Below are positions 51,601 through 64,000 of a stretch of 64,000 nucleotides of DNA, in pieces. The stretch comes from Antedon mediterranea. Lineage: Eukaryota; Animalia; Echinodermata. Under the pieces are notes generated by a model. The model worked only from the letters and a program-made list of their open reading frames with translations, ran no database searches and had not been told where the DNA came from. The first letter of the stretch is position 1. Every line of letters starts with the position of its first letter. The position numbers were made by a program, and so were the translations under genes. The stretch lies in assembly GCF_964355755.1 (NCBI RefSeq), contig NC_092672.1, forward strand, positions 38,508,437 to 38,572,436, written 5' to 3'.

Positions 51601-52669
51601 AAATTGCGCAAGCAACGTATTAAATTGCGCAAGTAATCTGCAAATTGCGCAAGGTTTTTCGACAGATTGTGAAATCATGCACACCCATATTTTTATAGTA
51701 ATTTCTAAGAATGATTCAAAATTAAAGATAAATATCGCATTTCCTTATTTTAGTAGTGCAAATATTGTTATAAGTTAGCATACCGTCGAAGAACCGACGA
51801 AGGAAAACGAAGCGGTGGTGTTCCACCAGGCGGGCGCGGCGCGGGCGGCCGGCTATACTACTCTAGCCTAGCTAGGGTCTGGACTACTGATACTGACTAG
51901 GTTACATGGCCTAGCTTAAACTAATATTAAAAACTTAATTTTTACATTTATTTTGATTTATTTCAAGTTACAGTGATAATATTATTTAATTGTAATAATA
52001 AATGTTATGTATTTATTACACACATCTTCGCATTTATTATGTTTTATTTTGAGTTATTTAGTTTCCAATAAATTATTAATACCGATTGTCTGGTAGAATT
52101 TTGTTGCGCAATTTGAAAATTTACAGTTCGTTTTCAAATTGCGCAAAGGTGTCATATTGCGCAAGAACTATCTTGCGCAATTTACAAATTGTGCAGCGCA
52201 ATTTAAAATTGCGCAAAGATTTTCTTGCGCAATTTGAAATTGCGCAAGTTGATTGCGCAATTTGAAATTGCGCAAAAAAATCCTTGCGCAATTTTTAATT
52301 GCGCAAGAATTCTTTGCGCAATTTCAAATTGCGCAAGGATTTTTTTGCGCAATTTCAAATTGCGCAAATCGTTCAAATCGCGCATAACAAAACAATATTG
52401 ACAATTCTGGCGGCCGAAATGAACAATACATATTTTGTCTTTTTTGGCATTTCATGATTTTCGGCGTTCCATAACCGGCGGCCGAAATGACTGGCGGACG
52501 AAATGACTGGCGGCCGAAATGATCAGACACCGCTAGCTAGGCTAGAGTACTAGGCCTAGTAGTACTAGTAGATAGAGGTAAACCATGGGTAAACTAACCT
52601 TTTTTTAATTGTATTTGTCTCATCCTTTGATACTTTACAGCATGGTAAATAGCACGTTTCTTTGGCCAT
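48664..52669 (-). CDS. Single-domain rhodanese/sulfurtransferase-like protein, about 215 aa (5 coding exons)
   Basis: Exons 52669-52599, 50873-50684, 49973-49853, 49710-49603, 48821-48664; phases match (648 nt). Motifs DCRPREEYVVSHLPGA, VMYCAVGYRS, NMEGSIFKW, VHPFSPVWGKLL. Confidence 0.9.
48990..49380 (+). mobile_element. Possible non-autonomous Helitron/Helentron-like repeat fragment
   Basis: Ends in a duplicated hairpin GTTATCCGC-TGAAT-GCGAATAAC. Class assignment is by resemblance only. Confidence 0.3.
49399..49610 (-). repeat. 30-bp minisatellite x7 repeating the exon-4 splice donor of the rhodanese gene
   Basis: Minus-strand unit ATAG|GTCAGTTCTAATAAAATTCATAAATC. Confidence 0.93.
50238..50330 (-). 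mobile_element. Short dispersed repeat, probably a LINE/SINE 3' end with stem-loop and (TTGA)n tail; second copy at about 57350-57440
   Basis: ATTTATTTCCAAAATGGTGG..TCACCAA..AAAGCAAAAGCTT..TGTCAGGGACGCCAAAACAAAACATT occurs here and reverse-complemented at 57.4 kb. Confidence 0.65.
51043..52532. mobile_element. Unclassified TIR element (about 125-bp imperfect TIRs with CATTTCGGCCGCC repeats) containing two further inverted-repeat elements
   Basis: 51043-51168 is the inverted complement of about 52391-52532. Inner IR pairs at 51179-51502 and 51518-52390. Confidence 0.8.
51518..52390. mobile_element. Nested foldback-like element with TTGCGCAA-rich subterminal arrays
   Basis: About 65-bp TIR TGTTATGCGCGATTTGAACGATTTGCGCAATTTGAAATTGCGCAAAAAAATCCTTGCGCAATTTGAA at both ends. 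Confidence 0.8.
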
Positions 52670-52779
52670 TTAAAAATGTGAAATTAGAGATTCATATAAA
52701 CAACAGTCCGAACAGTAGGCCGGCCTACTAACTAGGCCTAACCTATAAATAATAGCTAGGCCTAGCTAGTGTTCATCAC

Positions 52780-53070
52780 ACCTCCCTTCATCACATCCGA
52801 TCCGTCCGTCTCGCGTGTTCCGGCAAAGAATATCTTTGGTTCCGGTGTGGTGGTGTGGTGGGAACGCGACATCTGATTTTTATTGACAGAGAGGAAATTG
52901 TGGAGGGCGCTATCAAACATCAATGATTGACAGATCCGCCGTCACAACAACAACAACAAAAAACAAGGTCGTCGCGGGAAGAAGATTGGTCAACGGTCCG
53001 GTTGCGACGGACGCTTTTTTTGTGTGTGTTTTGTTTAAACGGTTCGTAGGTACGTAGCAGCATGGTATGT
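52780..53070. promoter_or_regulatory. Bidirectional promoter region between the rhodanese gene (-) and SANBR (+)
   Basis: CpG-rich island between divergent genes, with GAGGGCGCTA and ATTGG motifs. Candidate first donors TAG|GTACGT and ATG|GTATGT. CTAG/AGGCCT-rich tracts on both sides. Confidence 0.6.
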
Positions 53071-53604
53071 AGGCCTACTACTGTGTGTCCATACAACATT
53101 TATGAAGTGGGTTTACCTAGCTAGGCTAGGCTAGGCCTACTACTACTAGTAGGGGCCTACTAGAGGCTCTAGCCTACTAGCTAGGCCTAGGCCTAGCTAA
53201 GGCTAGGCCTCTAGTAGTAGTAGGCCCCCCTTGCTAGCCTATTCTAAGGCCTACCTATAAAAGAGTACTAGGCCTAGAGCCTAGGCCAGCCTAGTTACCC
53301 TAGCCGGCCTACTAGCCTAGTTACCCTAGCCTGCCTAGGCTAGGCCTAAATAAATAAACTACTACAGCCTACTATACTACTAAGCTAGTAGTAGTAGTAG
53401 TAGTAGAGAGGCCTAGCTAGACTCGAGTAGGACCTAGTCCTCCTAGGTAGTAGTCCTACCTTGCCTAGGCCTAGTCGTAGTTTGAGTTAGTCATGGCTTT
53501 TTGTATCCTACCAATGCCTAGGATTCAAAGGAGGCCTTGGCTAATTAATAATAATAATAATTCATTTGGAGGATTTTAACATATTTAAAAACTGTACAAT
53601 ATAA

Positions 53605-54325
53605 AACAAGGCCAACAGCCATTAAGTCGCGTGCTACAATGCATAGTGATACCGGACAGACAGACAGACCGACCGACATAGTGAACTATACTGACCGAAA
53701 TTACTGAACATGTTTGAACATGTTTAAAAATGTTGAAATGTTTAAAAACATTTATATTTTTTTAATTTACACGTGCGTAGCCTGTCACTTTCGACGTGCT
53801 CGTATAACGTAATTTCGAGTTGAAAAGTAAGTCAAGAAAACAGAAATCGGGCAAAAAGAGTGCGCAATAACATTTAACGCGCAGTGCGCGCGCAAAAATA
53901 TGCGCACTCATGGCAATTTTGTAAACGGTTAAAATTGCCTGAAATGTACTCTTATTTCATCGAAAATAAATTTTGAAAATTTTAAGCGCGCGTACGCATG
54001 CGTTACATGCGCTACGCACGTAATTGTATTGCCATATGATGATTTATGCCCTGAAATTTATGAGTACCAAATTTTATTTAATTGTGATTCATGGTTGTGA
54101 AGATATGATTACAAACTTGATTTTGTTAAATCGTGCGTAGACCGCGTAATTTTTTATTGCGCACCGTGAAAACATAACCACATTGATTCCTGGCCATAAG
54201 GAATATACTGTGAAAAATTGACCTAGCTAGATTAAACTGATATCAAGATAAGGTCAGAAAGCGATAAAACGCATAGTGACCGACCGACATAGTGAACTAT
54301 AGAGTCGCTTCCACGCGACTAAAAA
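53605..54325 (+). mobile_element. Non-autonomous Helentron/HINE-like element
   Basis: Subterminal AGTCGCGTG inverted to CACGCGACT; (GACA/GACC)n microsatellite; 3' hairpin AGTCGC-TTCCAC-GCGACT followed by an A-run. Confidence 0.55.
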
Positions 54326-55610
54326 TGAATTGGGCAACAGTGTAGACTACCTACACTAGACCCTATATAATAGCCTAATATGAAGAAAAAAAATTGCCAA
54401 GGAAGGAATTTTCGAAAATCGAGTTGATGTCCATATTAATAAAAACTAGGAATCAGTTTATAGCATTATTAGTTGAACTTAGACATGTATTGAGCATAAA
54501 ATTAGGCCAACAGTGTTGTATCCATGTTCATTACATAATTTGTCTCCAGATTATATCTTGAATAACTTTAACTTTAATAAACTGAATATCTTCTTTTTTA
54601 AGACAAAATGTATAAATAATCATGTTAGAAAAACAGTATCGCTTTTTGATGATGAACAACTCTAAAATGTATATAGGAAATGTTTTTTTTTATTTTGTAT
54701 CTATTATGTTGTGTTTAGTTTTATGTTTTTTATGTAAAAGGGTCCTGCGAAAACAGAAGTGTAAACTTCTCTATGCAGGATCCTTACCATCATTTATGCT
54801 ATGAAACTGTATTTATAAACGATGAGTAAATAAATGTGAATTGAATTGAATTGAATTGGAACCCACCCTACAGTAAATGCCCATACAATTAAAGCTCTTA
54901 TTAAGGTGTATTTCTACTAGCTTTTAAAATGTACTGTACTTCTTTTCGAGGTTTTAGAAAGGAGTAGGTTATATATATATATATATTAATATAAAGTAAA
55001 ATGCAGCATATAAATAAATAAAAAGTAAAATGCAGAATATATATTGAAAGAGTCTCAGTTTAACAGTAATAAGATTAGACTGCATGCATCCTGGTGCACT
55101 TGAATTAATATTGTTGTGAGAAATTTACAACAACAATATCTATAAAAGTCAGTGCAATAATAATCTAAGCACTTTAATTGAACTTATTCTGTATAATCTT
55201 CATGAGTATAACATTTGTTTAGACATGAAATGGTAACTTACCGCAGAATACGAATCATAATGCAAATCCCTAAAGTAGTGGTGTAGTCTTAGTAATACAG
55301 TATACTGTTAACTCAATGTGTAACTAAGACTGCGGTTGTACAATTACAACAGGAACTCAAAAGCATTCGAGTCGGAAGTTCAAGAACAAAAAATAAGCAA
55401 ATCTTTACATTTCACAGGAAAACACAATTCTGTACAAGGACTTGTGTGGGACAGTTTCAAAATCTCAAAACCATTAAATATTGATATAAAGGAGAATCAT
55501 AATGTTGATAAAGTATTTCTCTGCTAATAACATACACTGATTGAGGTCTTCTTTTTACTATTTTAAAATATAGAGCATTATTATAGTATTTTCAGTTTAG
55601 TGAACTCTAA

Positions 55611-62765
<7,155 letters not shown>

Positions 62766-63449
62766 CTGATTATGAAATAAAGGATACACTGTCTGTACAG
62801 AAACTGGATATAATTTACACTGATCAAGATGGTTTATAGAATAGTCCCTGCTTCTACACCATGGAAAAGCACCTACGGTTCTCAAGTGTTACAATTTATA
62901 CTTGTAAAAATTAGTTTTGAATGTTTGTAATAATAATATAACAGTGTTGTTACTTGGTTACTTCAGTTTCAGATTAAATATTGGTATTCTTAAAAACGAC
63001 ATGTTGTCATTGGGGTCTTTTTTTTTTTGGTCAATGTCAAATATTTATGAATCCTAATCTAGCATATTGTCATCAACAAATCAGAAATTTAACAACTGTA
63101 TTTAACTAAATAAACACTAAATTACAACAAACATATTGCATTATACTGTATTATCAAATTTTAATTACTGAATGGATACTGAAACTGTACATTAAAAATC
63201 ATATTCAACAATCGACTAGCTTAAGAATCTAAAAAAATAGCAACTAAAACATAATGACAATTTTCTGTCTTAAAAAATGGAGTGTTCTCTTTTAATCATC
63301 TCTGCACTGTAGCGACATAGTTATGCAGTTTATAAAGGGCAAAAACCCTAATAAAATGTGAGCTTTTCCAGTTACAACTTGCTACAAAACCCAGTGCACA
63401 GTTAATGTCCTTGATGCTACATATAAAAGTCTTTGTCGTAGCTTTGCTA

Positions 63450-64000
63450 TTATCTTCGCTTTTGGAAAACATTGCCTCTTCCACCTCCTCTGCCCCTTCC
63501 TCTTGCAGCTGTAAAACATAAAGTAATATGTTTGCATATTATTTTAAAGTCTAGGCATAAATCATGTTTGTAAAAAATCATTTACCTACTTTCTTTTCTG
63601 TATTCTTTAAAAATTGCATTTTATACATTTAAAAATAAGGATCCAAACAGAACATATTTATTTTTATATACTGTAGGGGCCTACGTTAAATAGGCGACAA
63701 ACAAGACAAAAATCAAACATATGTTATTTTTAGCATAGTCTTGTGGTCAGGCTGAACACCTAGGCCTAAAATAAGAAAGTAAGTTCTGACAAATAATATG
63801 GGGGAAACCAACTTCCACTGATCTCCCTTCCACTTACCCTGAGCTCGGAGAATAGCAGACTTGCCTCGTCCTGCACCGGCACCTTTGTTCTGCTTCGTTT
63901 TGAACATAGGGGCATTTTTTAACATGTCCGGTAAGATAAGAAACCTAATCTTACTCCCCCTTACAAATACATGTTCAAGTTGAGCCACTCTGCCGTCCCT
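63450..64000 (-). CDS. SNRPD3: Small nuclear ribonucleoprotein Sm D3, 3' part (exons >64000-63838 and 63508-63450)
   Basis: [46 protein letters not shown], spliced in phase 1 to [19 protein letters not shown]-stop. Confidence 0.96.

Overview
AT-rich, intron-dense eukaryotic DNA. Gene content points to an invertebrate deuterostome, probably an echinoderm (inference). I reconstructed five spliced protein-coding genes by hand with consistent exon phases: (1) a 10-exon minus-strand multi-pass membrane protein resembling DUF4239/bestrophin-like proteins (23199-28828); (2) a 14-exon complement factor B/C2-like gene (EGF, 4 CCP, vWA, serine protease; 32783-43060); (3) a single-domain rhodanese (48664-52669, minus); (4) SANBR/KIAA1841 (55611-62765); (5) the 3' part of SNRPD3 (minus, runs off the window). 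A probable spliced non-coding transcript starts near 22.7 kb on the minus strand, with two GC-enriched, structured-looking segments downstream. The rest is minisatellites, two MITE families, nested non-autonomous DNA transposons and two truncated LINEs. The most striking item is a 34-nt coding microexon required for the frame of the DUF4239-like gene: it is present as 11 tandem copies, each with its own AG and GT sites, 49 nt apart, and only one-copy inclusion gives a full-length protein. Splice donors are also tandemly amplified at two other places. No CRISPR, rRNA or tRNA genes were seen. All calls are by eye, without database searches.
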